Shown piece after piece: positions 46,663 through 55,621 of a DNA stretch of 64,000 bases. Source of the DNA: an uncultured Eubacteriales bacterium. GTDB taxonomy: Bacteria > Acidobacteriota > Aminicenantia > Aminicenantales > Aminicenantaceae. Each line of letters starts with the position of its first letter. Position 1 is the stretch's first letter. The translations under genes and the position numbers were made by a program. The DNA is taken from assembly GCA_964440805.1 (NCBI GenBank), contig CAYTTR010000005.1:19847-83846 (forward strand), written 5' to 3'. Below the pieces are notes generated by a model that made no database searches, had not been told where the DNA came from, and saw only the letters and a list, made by a program, of their open reading frames with translations.

Positions 46663-49020
46663 ATGACTTCCAAGAAAAGCAGTTCGGCCGGAGCTTCACT
46701 CGACCCGCTCAAAGTTATTTCATCGCTTGAAATCGGACCGGTCAAGATAGAACCACGTAAGCTAATTGCTCCCTATGAAGTTAAAAAAGACAACTTATCC
46801 TCGACCACAGAATTTATATGCAGTTATGATGAAGACGTTTTTGATCCCGGCAATCCGGTCTCCATAAATCTGGCTCAGGTGATGGCTGCTCAGGTTGCCT
46901 TGAACTACGGATTATTCGCCCATGAAATTATATTTCGCGGCCCCTATGATGCCATTGACAAACGTTTCATCACGGACATGATGGAAAACACTTCCCGGGA
47001 GATTTATGTAAAAAAATTTCTGGAACCGAATCCTTTTCTCAAAGGCCAGGCTTCACAACTTACTCCTGTCCGCCAGCCTCGTTACACTCAGGCTGTACTC
47101 AAATTCCCGGATTCCCCGCTTAAGGGGAAAAACACTGCTCCTTATAAAACATTTCTTCATTTGGATCAAAACCGCCACCTTGTTCTCTCCAGCGGAGGAA
47201 AAGACAGCCTTCTGAGCTTTGGTCTTCTCAAAGAGCTGAACCGGGAAACTCACCCTGTATTTATTAATGAATCAGGGCGCCACTGGTTTACTGCTCTTAA
47301 TGCTTTCCGGAATTTTTCCAAAAATTATGCTGGGACAGCCCGGGTCTGGACAAATTCGGACCGCCTTTTCAGCTGGATGCTCCGTCTTTTTCCTTTCATA
47401 AGAGAAGATTTTCCCTCAGTACGTTCGGATGAGTATCCCATAAGACTCTGGACTGTTGCTGTTTTCCTATTCGGCGCTTTACCTATAATGTTTAAGCGAA
47501 AAATAGGCCGTTTGGTTATCGGAGATGAATTCGACACCACTACCAGAATGAGTTTTAAGGGCATAACTCATTATAACGGTCTTTACGATCAAAGCCGCTA
47601 TTTCGATAATGTCTTAACCCGTTATTATCAAAAAAAGGGCTGGAACATCCATCAGTTTTCTCTTCTTAGGCCTTTGTCCGAGCTGCTGATTGAAAAAACC
47701 TTGTATGAACGCTACCCCCACCTGCAAACCCAACAAATGTCCTGTCACGCAGCCCATATAGAAGGAGATCGTGTCCGTCCTTGTGGAAAATGCGAAAAGT
47801 GCCGCCGTATAGTCGGCATGCTGCTGGCTTTTGACGGGAACCCGGAAAACTGCGGCTATACCCGGGGGCAGGTCCAACAATGCTTAAAGGCAATCTCTGA
47901 AAAAGGGGTTCACCAGGAACCTGCAGGGGCAAAGCACTTAGCCTATCTTCTAAAAAAGAAGGGAATAGTTTCCACCTCCTCGGCCGCCTTCAAAGCGAAA
48001 GAGCATCCTGAAATAATGAAAGTGCGGATTGATCCGGAAAAATCACCCTTTGATACCGTTCCTCTTGATCTGCGCCGGCCCCTTTTTAAAATATTTTTAA
48101 CCCATGCCTCAGGAGTGGTCAAGCGAGTCGGCCGGCAATGGGTTGAATTCGATCCTTTTAATGATCCCTCTTTCAGCCGGCCTCTCGATTTTAAAAAAGC
48201 CGGCAAGAACAATCGGGACAAAAAAAATCCGGCCGCCCTGCCTTCCTATCTTCTGGGTGAGCTCAGCTGGCCGGAAGCTAAAGCTTATCTGCAGAAAGTT
48301 GATATTGCTCTTCTTCCGGTTGGGGCAACCGAACAGCACGGCCCACATCTCCCTCTGGACACCGATGCCTTTGATGCTGATCTTCTGGCAAGAAAGGTGG
48401 CTGAAGCCTGCAGTGATCCCAAACCTTTGGTCCTTCCTCTTATTTCTTACGGGGTTTCATATCATCATGAGGATTTCAGCGGAACAATAAGCATCAGTCC
48501 TGACTCTCTATCCCAGCTTGTCTATGAAGTGGGCATGTGTGTAGCCAGGCAAGGTATAACCAAACTGGTCATTATCAACGGCCATGGAGGAAATATTCCT
48601 GCCCTCCATTTCGCAGCTCAGAAAATAAACCGCGACTCTCATATTTTCACCTGTGTGGAAACAGGAGAAACCAGCGAGAAAGATATGTCTTCAATTATAG
48701 AAACTCCTAATGATGTTCATTCCGGAGAAACGGAAACCAGTACTGCCCTGGCTGCCAGGCCTCACTTGGTTAGGATGGACAAGGCCAGGCGATTCGTCCC
48801 CAAATTTTCCATTAAATATCTTAATTTCAGCTCCAAGAGAAGAGTAGACTGGTACGCCCGGGTTTCCAAAATTTCCTCAACCGGAGTTCTGGGCGATCCC
48901 ACCAAGGCAACCCGTCAAAAAGGTGAACAAATCTGGGAAGTCATGGTTAAACATTTAGTTGAATTTGTGGAAGAGTTAAAAAGCCTTACTCTCGAAGAAA
49001 TCTATCAGAAAAAGTATTAA
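46663..49020 (+). CDS. Fusion of a PP-loop/Cys4 (MurL/QueC-like) ATP-dependent domain and a C-terminal creatininase-family amidohydrolase
   Basis: N-domain: LSSGGKDS, GDEFD, FSLLRPLSELL, SCH..PCGKCEKC. From about 48247: LGELSWPE, PVGATEQHGPHLPLDTD, NGHGGN, DVHSGETETS, GVLGDP. Confidence 0.88.
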   Translation: MTSKKSSSAGASLDPLKVISSLEIGPVKIEPRKLIAPYEVKKDNLSSTTEFICSYDEDVFDPGNPVSINLAQVMAAQVALNYGLFAHEIIFRGPYDAIDKRFITDMMENTSREIYVKKFLEPNPFLKGQASQLTPVRQPRYTQAVLKFPDSPLKGKNTAPYKTFLHLDQNRHLVLSSGGKDSLLSFGLLKELNRETHPVFINESGRHWFTALNAFRNFSKNYAGTARVWTNSDRLFSWMLRLFPFIREDFPSVRSDEYPIRLWTVAVFLFGALPIMFKRKIGRLVIGDEFDTTTRMSFKGITHYNGLYDQSRYFDNVLTRYYQKKGWNIHQFSLLRPLSELLIEKTLYERYPHLQTQQMSCHAAHIEGDRVRPCGKCEKCRRIVGMLLAFDGNPENCGYTRGQVQQCLKAISEKGVHQEPAGAKHLAYLLKKKGIVSTSSAAFKAKEHPEIMKVRIDPEKSPFDTVPLDLRRPLFKIFLTHASGVVKRVGRQWVEFDPFNDPSFSRPLDFKKAGKNNRDKKNPAALPSYLLGELSWPEAKAYLQKVDIALLPVGATEQHGPHLPLDTDAFDADLLARKVAEACSDPKPLVLPLISYGVSYHHEDFSGTISISPDSLSQLVYEVGMCVARQGITKLVIINGHGGNIPALHFAAQKINRDSHIFTCVETGETSEKDMSSIIETPNDVHSGETETSTALAARPHLVRMDKARRFVPKFSIKYLNFSSKRRVDWYARVSKISSTGVLGDPTKATRQKGEQIWEVMVKHLVEFVEELKSLTLEEIYQKKY

Positions 49021-49023
49021 AAA

Positions 49024-50088
49024 ATGCGGATAACAGGTATTGAAGTTTATTCTGTCTCCATGCCTCTGGCCGATCCTTACACCATTGCCTACCAGACTGT
49101 AGAAAAAGCAACCAATGTCTTTCTTCATTTAAAAACAACCGGCAGAGAAGTCGGGTTCGGCTGCGCTGCACCCGACATTTATATCACTAAAGAAACGCCG
49201 GAAGGAGTAGAAAAGGCTCTCCGGGAAACAGCCTTTCCGGAGATAAAAGGCTCTGACCCCCTCAGAGTTGCCTTAGTCCTGGAAAAAGTGAGACGCAGCC
49301 TGGACAAGCAACCTTCAGCCCTGGCTGCCCTGGATATGGCCCTCCATGACCTCCTGGGAAAGGTAAGCAACCTCCCTCTCTGGAAGCTTTTAGGAGGCTT
49401 CAGGGACCGCATCAAAACCAGCATCACTATTGGTATTTTATCTGAGGAAGAAACAATCAGACGGGCCAGGGATTTTGTAGTCAGAGGCTTTAAATCAATA
49501 AAAATAAAAGGCGGTAAAGACGTTGAGGATGATATCCTTAGGGTGCTTCGGGTAAGAGAAGAAGTCGGACCCAGAGTAGAGCTTCGTTTTGATGCCAATC
49601 AAGGCTATACCGAAGAACAAGCATTGAAATTTGTTGAAAAAACCCGCAGCGCTAAGCTGGAGCTTCTCGAACAACCAACTCCCAAAGGTCATCCAGATCT
49701 TCTCGGCCGGGTAACCTCAGCGGTTCATATACCGGTGATGGCTGATGAAAGCCTTCTCACCCTCCGCGATTCTTTCAGGTTAGCCCGGAGGGATCTGGTG
49801 GATATGGTCAATGTAAAGCTTATGAAGGTAGGGGGGATATTTACGGCTTTGGAGATAAATGCGGTGGCCAAGTCTGCCGGCCTTGAAGTAATGGTAGGCT
49901 GCATGGATGAATCTGCCCTGGGAATTGCAGCCGGTCTTCATTTTGCCCTGGCCAGGCCAAACGTTATTTATGCCGACCTGGACGGCCATCTTGATCTACA
50001 AGGAGATCCGGCTGAAGGAGCGGTCATTTTAAAAGAAGGGATTCTCTATCCATCAAACAAGCCCGGTCTGGGATTTAACCTCGAGTAA
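49024..50088 (+). CDS. Enolase-superfamily dipeptide epimerase, DgcA-like N-acetyl-D/L-Glu racemase
   Basis: KIK, DANQGY, EQP, ADES, NVKLMKVGG, MVGCM.E, DLDG (DxD of Ala-Glu epimerases). Confidence 0.92.
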   Translation: MRITGIEVYSVSMPLADPYTIAYQTVEKATNVFLHLKTTGREVGFGCAAPDIYITKETPEGVEKALRETAFPEIKGSDPLRVALVLEKVRRSLDKQPSALAALDMALHDLLGKVSNLPLWKLLGGFRDRIKTSITIGILSEEETIRRARDFVVRGFKSIKIKGGKDVEDDILRVLRVREEVGPRVELRFDANQGYTEEQALKFVEKTRSAKLELLEQPTPKGHPDLLGRVTSAVHIPVMADESLLTLRDSFRLARRDLVDMVNVKLMKVGGIFTALEINAVAKSAGLEVMVGCMDESALGIAAGLHFALARPNVIYADLDGHLDLQGDPAEGAVILKEGILYPSNKPGLGFNLE

Positions 50089-50137
50089 ACTAAATATTTC
50101 TCTCTGCCTTTATCTTGGCTTCTTTTTTCTGGGTATT

Positions 50138-51178
50138 TCAGTTCAATCTACGGTATAGTCCCATAGCTTTCCTGGCTTCAGCAATAACCTGGGAAGCTAT
50201 CTTCCTGGACTTCTCCGCTCCTCTGGTAAGAACATCATGAATGCAGTGAGGATTAGCACGAAGTTCTTCTGCTTTTTTTCTAATCGGAGCCAAAACCTTA
50301 TCCATGTTGACCAAAAGTCTTTTCTTACATTCCAGGCATCCAATTGAAGCGGTTGTACATCCTTTCTCAATTTGCACCAGTTCTTCCGGCGGAGAAAAAT
50401 AGCGATGATAGCTCATGAAAATATTACAATCCTCAGGAACTCCGGGATCACTCCGGAGTTTGCGCCGCTCATCGGTCTTAGCAGGAGCAAGTTTTTTCCA
50501 GATGTTCTCCGGCGGTTCCAGCATACCGATTGTATTACCCAAACTCTTAGACATTTTGTTCTCTCCATCAAGCCCCAGAATTCTTTTGGCTTCAGAAAGA
50601 TAAGCTTGGCATTCCGGAAAAACCACTCCGAAGCGGGAATTGAATTTACGAGCGATTTCCCGGGCAATCTCAATGTGCTGCACCTGATCTTCACCAACAG
50701 GGACAGCACTTGCTTTGTAAAGAAGAATATCGGCGGCCTGGAGTACAGGGTAAGTAAAAAGGCCCACATTCACGTTTTCCTGATGTTGGTTCGCTTTCTG
50801 TTTAAATTGGGTCATCCGGGCCAGGTCACCAAACTGAGTAACCGTACTGAACATCCAGGTAAGCTCAGTATGTTCTTTGACCTCGCTCTGGACAAAAAGA
50901 GTACAGCGTTCCGGGTCAAGTCCGGCAGCTATATTGGCCACAGCGGCATCGAATATTCGGCTCGGCATTTCCTTCGGCTTATATTCGATAGTAGTTGCGT
51001 GGTGATCAACTATACAAAAGAAACATTCATAATCTTCAAGAAATTTAACCCAATTGGAAATGGCACCGAGATAATTCCCGATATGAAGCTCACCGGTAGG
51101 CTGAATGCCTGAGAAAACCCTGATTTTGCCTTCATTATTATAGTAAGTAAGATAACCTTTTTCATCTCTTTTCATCAT
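50138..51178 (-). CDS. trpS: Tryptophan--tRNA ligase
   Basis: FSGIQPTGELHIGNYLG, YPVLQAADIL, VPVGEDQ..H.E, KMSKS; start approximate. Confidence 0.96.
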   Translation of the reverse strand: MMKRDEKGYLTYYNNEGKIRVFSGIQPTGELHIGNYLGAISNWVKFLEDYECFFCIVDHHATTIEYKPKEMPSRIFDAAVANIAAGLDPERCTLFVQSEVKEHTELTWMFSTVTQFGDLARMTQFKQKANQHQENVNVGLFTYPVLQAADILLYKASAVPVGEDQVQHIEIAREIARKFNSRFGVVFPECQAYLSEAKRILGLDGENKMSKSLGNTIGMLEPPENIWKKLAPAKTDERRKLRSDPGVPEDCNIFMSYHRYFSPPEELVQIEKGCTTASIGCLECKKRLLVNMDKVLAPIRKKAEELRANPHCIHDVLTRGAEKSRKIASQVIAEARKAMGLYRRLN

Positions 51179-51275
51179 TTTTCCGGACCTGATTAGAGTG
51201 GTTTCAAAGACCGCCTCATTATAACCTTTTATCACAGTTACTGTAAACGGGAAGGATTGAAAGAGACATTATTAG

Positions 51276-51503
51276 TTAAAAAAAATCCGGAAAAGCCGTC
51301 TCCGCTTGGGACATTCGCTGGTGCTGGCTCTCGGTTTCCTGATTGGAGCCGACATTTTGAAAACAGCCATCGCTCCTACTTGGAATGAAATCGGTCAGTT
51401 GGCGGCCATAATTGCCTTGCGTACTATTGTGAATTTTGTTATGACCTGGGAACTTAAGCAAGAGGCTTACCCGGTAGAGAAAAAAGAGAATAATCCAGGT
51501 TAA
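51276..51503 (+). pseudogene. C-terminal half of a DUF1622 membrane protein, ending inside a MITE terminal repeat
   Basis: RLRLGHSLVLALGFLIGADILKTAIAPTWNEIGQLAAIIALRT.NF...E is the DUF1622 core. An in-frame TAG at 51273 removes the first TM helix. The last codons ENNPG* are GAATAATCCAGG|TTAA. Confidence 0.65.
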
Positions 51504-52967
51504 TCATAATTCATTAATATAAATGTTGCGGAAATAAACTGTAGTGTCCGGGTCGTGGTTTTGCAGTCCGATATAGCCCTCTTGGGCAAAATCAACTATT
51601 TTTCCCCTTGGCTCTGCTTCCCAATCAATGACCTTAACGCCGTTCAGTTCCACCATTATATGATTCTTCTGAAATGTAATTTTCAAGTGATTCCATTCGC
51701 CTGTGTTATTAAAAGCATCTGCTGAAGGGGGCTCGGCATCATAGACCGCCCCGGTTTCATGGATTCCTTCACCGGCATCGTTTATCTGAATCTCGAAGCT
51801 GTGATAGATGTAATCATCACTCACCGGCACTTCCGGCACTCTTAAGAAAATCCCTGAATTTGTGTTTTTATCCGAACACTTATATTCAAGATCCAGGACG
51901 AAATCCTTGAATTTTTTTTCACTGAACCAGAAAAGCCCCATGCCCCCATGCGACTTGAGAATTCCTGTTTGCGGGTCAAGGCTGAAATATCCCGGGCCGT
52001 AATGATTCCAGCCGTGCTTGCTGTAACGACCGCACTCTCGGTTCAGAAGCGGCTTATATTCTTCATAATAAGTGATGCTTTTTATGTACTCTAATCCTTT
52101 TCTCACCGGCGGCATGGGATTGTCTGCTTCTTCCTCGTTTTCATATTCGACTGTTAAATAGCCGCTATAATCCTGAAGGGTCAGTTCAGCCAGGATATTA
52201 TGGATATCGGCTTCTCCCTCTCCAAAAGGCACATCCCGGGCATCTTCGGTTCCGAAAGCATTCCTGTCCTTTAGATGGACATCCAAAATGCGTCCTTTAA
52301 GCAGCCGAAGAGATGCAACCGGCGACCTATCAGTTCTCATCCAGTGGCCGGGATCAGCACAGGCACCTATTCTCTCATCCCTTCCTTTAATCTTTTCCAA
52401 CACTGCTTCCGGCAAGGCATATTTGGATGGCTGAGGATGATTGTGTATGGCCGCTTTTATTCCATACTCTTGGACCAACTGTTCAAGTAAAGGGAAAGCT
52501 TCATCTTCCGGTTCGCAGACAATTATTTCAATACCCATTCTCCGGGCAAAATCAAAAACCGGCCTCATAGTTTCCTCACTAATCCCTAAATCAACCACAC
52601 CGTAAGCGGCCAACTTTATTCCTTTTTCATCCAATAAAGACAGAACTTGTTCAGCCAGCTCCCTGTTCATATTATGGTCGAATTTTTCCTCCGGAAAATC
52701 TTTACCCAGAGTTTGACCCGGATAAGCTTGAATATACTTCAACCCCAGTTCCTTTGTTTTCTCCACTGCCTCTATAAAACTGAATTTCCTGAAAGTCCAG
52801 GTCTGCATGGCCACAGGGAATTTCTTTATTTTTACTTCACTGTAGTCTACCTTAATATCTTCTGTTTTCTCAGAAGCAGACATTCCGGTTTCCTCTCTCT
52901 CTATCTTGCATCCAGCAGCCATCATCAGAAAAGCTGTTAATATCATTACTAAATACCTCCATGACAT
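51504..52967 (-). CDS. Lipoprotein fusing a sugar-phosphate isomerase/AP-endonuclease-2 TIM barrel to DUF1080 (3-keto-disaccharide hydrolase-like)
   Basis: Lipobox AAG-C; AIHNH, CADPGHW, VHLKD, TVEYE; then DF.L.LEYK...NSGIF, EIQI.D, TGAVY, GEWN, GYIGLQNH. Confidence 0.9.
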   Translation of the reverse strand: MSWRYLVMILTAFLMMAAGCKIEREETGMSASEKTEDIKVDYSEVKIKKFPVAMQTWTFRKFSFIEAVEKTKELGLKYIQAYPGQTLGKDFPEEKFDHNMNRELAEQVLSLLDEKGIKLAAYGVVDLGISEETMRPVFDFARRMGIEIIVCEPEDEAFPLLEQLVQEYGIKAAIHNHPQPSKYALPEAVLEKIKGRDERIGACADPGHWMRTDRSPVASLRLLKGRILDVHLKDRNAFGTEDARDVPFGEGEADIHNILAELTLQDYSGYLTVEYENEEEADNPMPPVRKGLEYIKSITYYEEYKPLLNRECGRYSKHGWNHYGPGYFSLDPQTGILKSHGGMGLFWFSEKKFKDFVLDLEYKCSDKNTNSGIFLRVPEVPVSDDYIYHSFEIQINDAGEGIHETGAVYDAEPPSADAFNNTGEWNHLKITFQKNHIMVELNGVKVIDWEAEPRGKIVDFAQEGYIGLQNHDPDTTVYFRNIYINEL

Positions 52968-53071
52968 TTCCAAACCTCCTTATATTTACTTTAATTTCTA
53001 TAGATTTGCCTGCAGACCCAATTCTCTCTCAGACAATTGTTCCCGGGCTCAAAACGGAAAAAACCGCAATT

Positions 53072-54319
53072 TTAGAGCTTCGGATTCCACTCTCCCTTGG
53101 CCACAGCCGGAATAAAGGAATCCAGGCTCGGCTCCGGTAAATTAACGGTTCTTTCCTGCTCGGCACTCATATAAGCAGCTATTAAAAGCTCGGTGACGTT
53201 TACTCCGTCAGAGAAATTCTCCCGGGGCCGGACACCTTCCAAAAAGGACTGCACCATGTGACGGTTTTCATCCGTATATCCGTATTCAATTTCCTCAGAA
53301 GCTACTACCGGCATTAAACCGGTTTCAGCATTCTGTTTCTCCACCATATCTTCACCCTCTTTTCCTTTGATATTCCGGCTGAAAAAAACTTTAAGGCTTG
53401 AATCAAGAGTATTGACCATCATTGAATATTCAGGACCAAAAAGCTCCATAGAAAGACGGAGGCCGGCTCCCACAAAGCACCAAGAGGTTGTCGTCTCTAC
53501 CACCAGGATTTCTCCTTCTTCATCACGGTATTCAACAAGGGAGCGGGCAAAGTCTTCAGACGGCCTATTGAGGTAGTCTGTTTTTCCTCCGCTCTGTTCG
53601 GCAAGTTTTCTGGCGTATTCAGGCCGCTGCCATTTAAGACACGAAGTGTAAGCAGTTATTTTGACCGGCTTCAGCACATCCCGTTTTTTCCCTGGAGGAG
53701 TCAGCATGAAACGGGCTTCTTCCACTGAATGGCACATCATGTCATTAAGTACTCCTCCTCCCTGGAGTTCTCCCTCCCAGAACCAGGGCCTATGAGGGCC
53801 GCTGTGTTCTTCCGCTGCCCGGGCCAAGTAAGGTTTCCCGGAAATAGGGACTCCTCTTCCCCAGATAATTTCTTTCCCTCTGACTACTGACGGGGCGAAG
53901 ACCTGATTTTCCAGGTATCCATCAAGAATTCCCAGCTCCTCTACCAGTTCCAGCATCCTGCGGGCTTCCCGCAGATTTCTTCCCAGTGGTTTTTCACAGG
54001 CAATTCCAACAAGTTCTCCTTTGCCGCTTTTCAGAGCTTGGGCAATTTCTTCCATCACTTCCAGGCGGGTATAATTTGGGGCGTTAATCCAAACAGCATC
54101 AATCGACGGATCTTGGACCATTTCAGTGACTGAAGAATAAACCTTGGCTTCACCCACCTTAAGTTCACGGGCAAGAGCCGCCGCTTTTTCAGCTCTCTCC
54201 CGGCTGCGTGAAGCAATCCCCAGGACATCAGCGTCTCTGACACCAATCCAGGAACGAAGATGAAAGTTGGTGATAAATCCTGCACCTATCATTCCAATTC
54301 CCAATGATCTTTTACTCAT
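53072..54319 (-). CDS. Gfo/Idh/MocA family NAD(P)-dependent oxidoreductase (cytoplasmic)
   Basis: GMIGAGFI, CEKPLGR, GGGVLNDMMCH. Confidence 0.92.
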   Translation of the reverse strand: MSKRSLGIGMIGAGFITNFHLRSWIGVRDADVLGIASRSRERAEKAAALARELKVGEAKVYSSVTEMVQDPSIDAVWINAPNYTRLEVMEEIAQALKSGKGELVGIACEKPLGRNLREARRMLELVEELGILDGYLENQVFAPSVVRGKEIIWGRGVPISGKPYLARAAEEHSGPHRPWFWEGELQGGGVLNDMMCHSVEEARFMLTPPGKKRDVLKPVKITAYTSCLKWQRPEYARKLAEQSGGKTDYLNRPSEDFARSLVEYRDEEGEILVVETTTSWCFVGAGLRLSMELFGPEYSMMVNTLDSSLKVFFSRNIKGKEGEDMVEKQNAETGLMPVVASEEIEYGYTDENRHMVQSFLEGVRPRENFSDGVNVTELLIAAYMSAEQERTVNLPEPSLDSFIPAVAKGEWNPKL

Positions 54320-54357
54320 GTTCACCTCATACTAACTAATAATTTTTTTGAGATTTA

Positions 54358-55572
54358 TTATGTCTGATTAGTAATTACTTTCTTTTTCTCTTTGAAAAGC
54401 AGCATGAAAGCTACTGCACAAAGTATAGTCAGGATGGCAGGAACAGTGAAAACCGTCCTCCAATTGGTTCCTGCTTCTGTGGTGAAAAGACTCTGAATGG
54501 AGCCGGAAAAAAGGCTTCCCAGAAAACTACCTATTCCCAGGACAACAATGGCAATTAAGCTCTGGGCTGAAGCCCGGATATCCCGGGGTGAAACCTCGTC
54601 CACATAAATAAAAGCAGCCGTAAAGAAAAAAACATAACAAAAACCATGCAGAGCCAATGATGCAATAACCATCCAGGCCGGGTAGGCAATAACAAAGATA
54701 ATATAACGAAGAGGCCAGGCCAACACTCCGATGACCATGGTCTTTTTTATACCGTATTTCGGCAGAAAAACCGGCAAAAGAAGAGCCATGACGAAAATCT
54801 CGGCAATCTGGGCAATTACCATAACTCCGGAAACAGCCGAGCTGCTTACTCCTATCATATTAGATGTCAAATAGGGAGCGGTCAGAACATAGTAAAACTG
54901 AAGCTCAGTAGCTACCACAAAGGATATGATCACGAATATAAAAAAATTGCGGTCTCTGAGCATTTTCAGAGCTTCAAGGAAAGCCCAGGGCTTGGCTTCC
55001 TCTTTCTTGGGAGGTGTATGGGGCAGCTTGAAAGAAAAAATCCCCATAATAAGAGAGAAAATTCCAGCCAGAAGAAGAGTATCTCCTTTTACAGCAATGG
55101 CTTCTTCTGACTGAGTCAGAAACCTCCAGCCGGCCAGGGTTAAACCAGCTACAATCCAGCCGATGGTACCCCAAACCCGAATAATTCCAAATTCTTTCTC
55201 CGAATTTTTCAGGTTGATAAAAGCAATGGAATTGGTTAAAGCCAGAGTAGGAGCATATAGAAGCGAATAGAAAAGCATCATCCACATCAGGGTGCTATAA
55301 TCAGTGATGGTGGAAGTGAAAACCAGAAGAAATCCTCCCAAGAGCTGAAGGAAAGCGATTACCTTCTGAGTGGGAAAATAGCGGTCAGCAAACTGGCCTC
55401 CTATAAAAGGAGAGATGATAGTTGCAAGGGGAAGAAGGCTGTAAATTATTCCCACCTGGGCTCCGGAAAATCCAAGCTTGTTAATAAGATAATCCGAAAG
55501 AACCGGCGCCCAGGCTCCCCAAATAGCGTATTGGAGAAACATCATGGCACTCAGCCGAATTTTAGCGTTCAT
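54358..55572 (-). CDS. MFS transporter, nucleoside:H+ symporter (NupG/YegT) family
   Basis: RLS.MMFLQY.IWGAW, GQFADRYF, IRVWGTIGW, Q..EI, LHG.CY.FFF; about 12 TM helices. Confidence 0.92.
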   Translation of the reverse strand: MNAKIRLSAMMFLQYAIWGAWAPVLSDYLINKLGFSGAQVGIIYSLLPLATIISPFIGGQFADRYFPTQKVIAFLQLLGGFLLVFTSTITDYSTLMWMMLFYSLLYAPTLALTNSIAFINLKNSEKEFGIIRVWGTIGWIVAGLTLAGWRFLTQSEEAIAVKGDTLLLAGIFSLIMGIFSFKLPHTPPKKEEAKPWAFLEALKMLRDRNFFIFVIISFVVATELQFYYVLTAPYLTSNMIGVSSSAVSGVMVIAQIAEIFVMALLLPVFLPKYGIKKTMVIGVLAWPLRYIIFVIAYPAWMVIASLALHGFCYVFFFTAAFIYVDEVSPRDIRASAQSLIAIVVLGIGSFLGSLFSGSIQSLFTTEAGTNWRTVFTVPAILTILCAVAFMLLFKEKKKVITNQT

Positions 55573-55621
55573 TTCCTTCTCGCTTTCCCTTTTCTTAAAA
55601 AGGCCAATAACCTCAATTCCC

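Noticed and set aside
46663-49020. Mycofactocin-like RiPP or queuosine (QueC) cluster
   Set aside because: No precursor peptide, radical SAM gene or queDEF genes nearby, and the PP-loop domain is about twice the length of QueC.
50372-51112. 246 aa ORF antisense to trpS
   Set aside because: Lies entirely opposite a clear trpS and has no recognisable motifs; consistent with an antisense shadow from codon bias.
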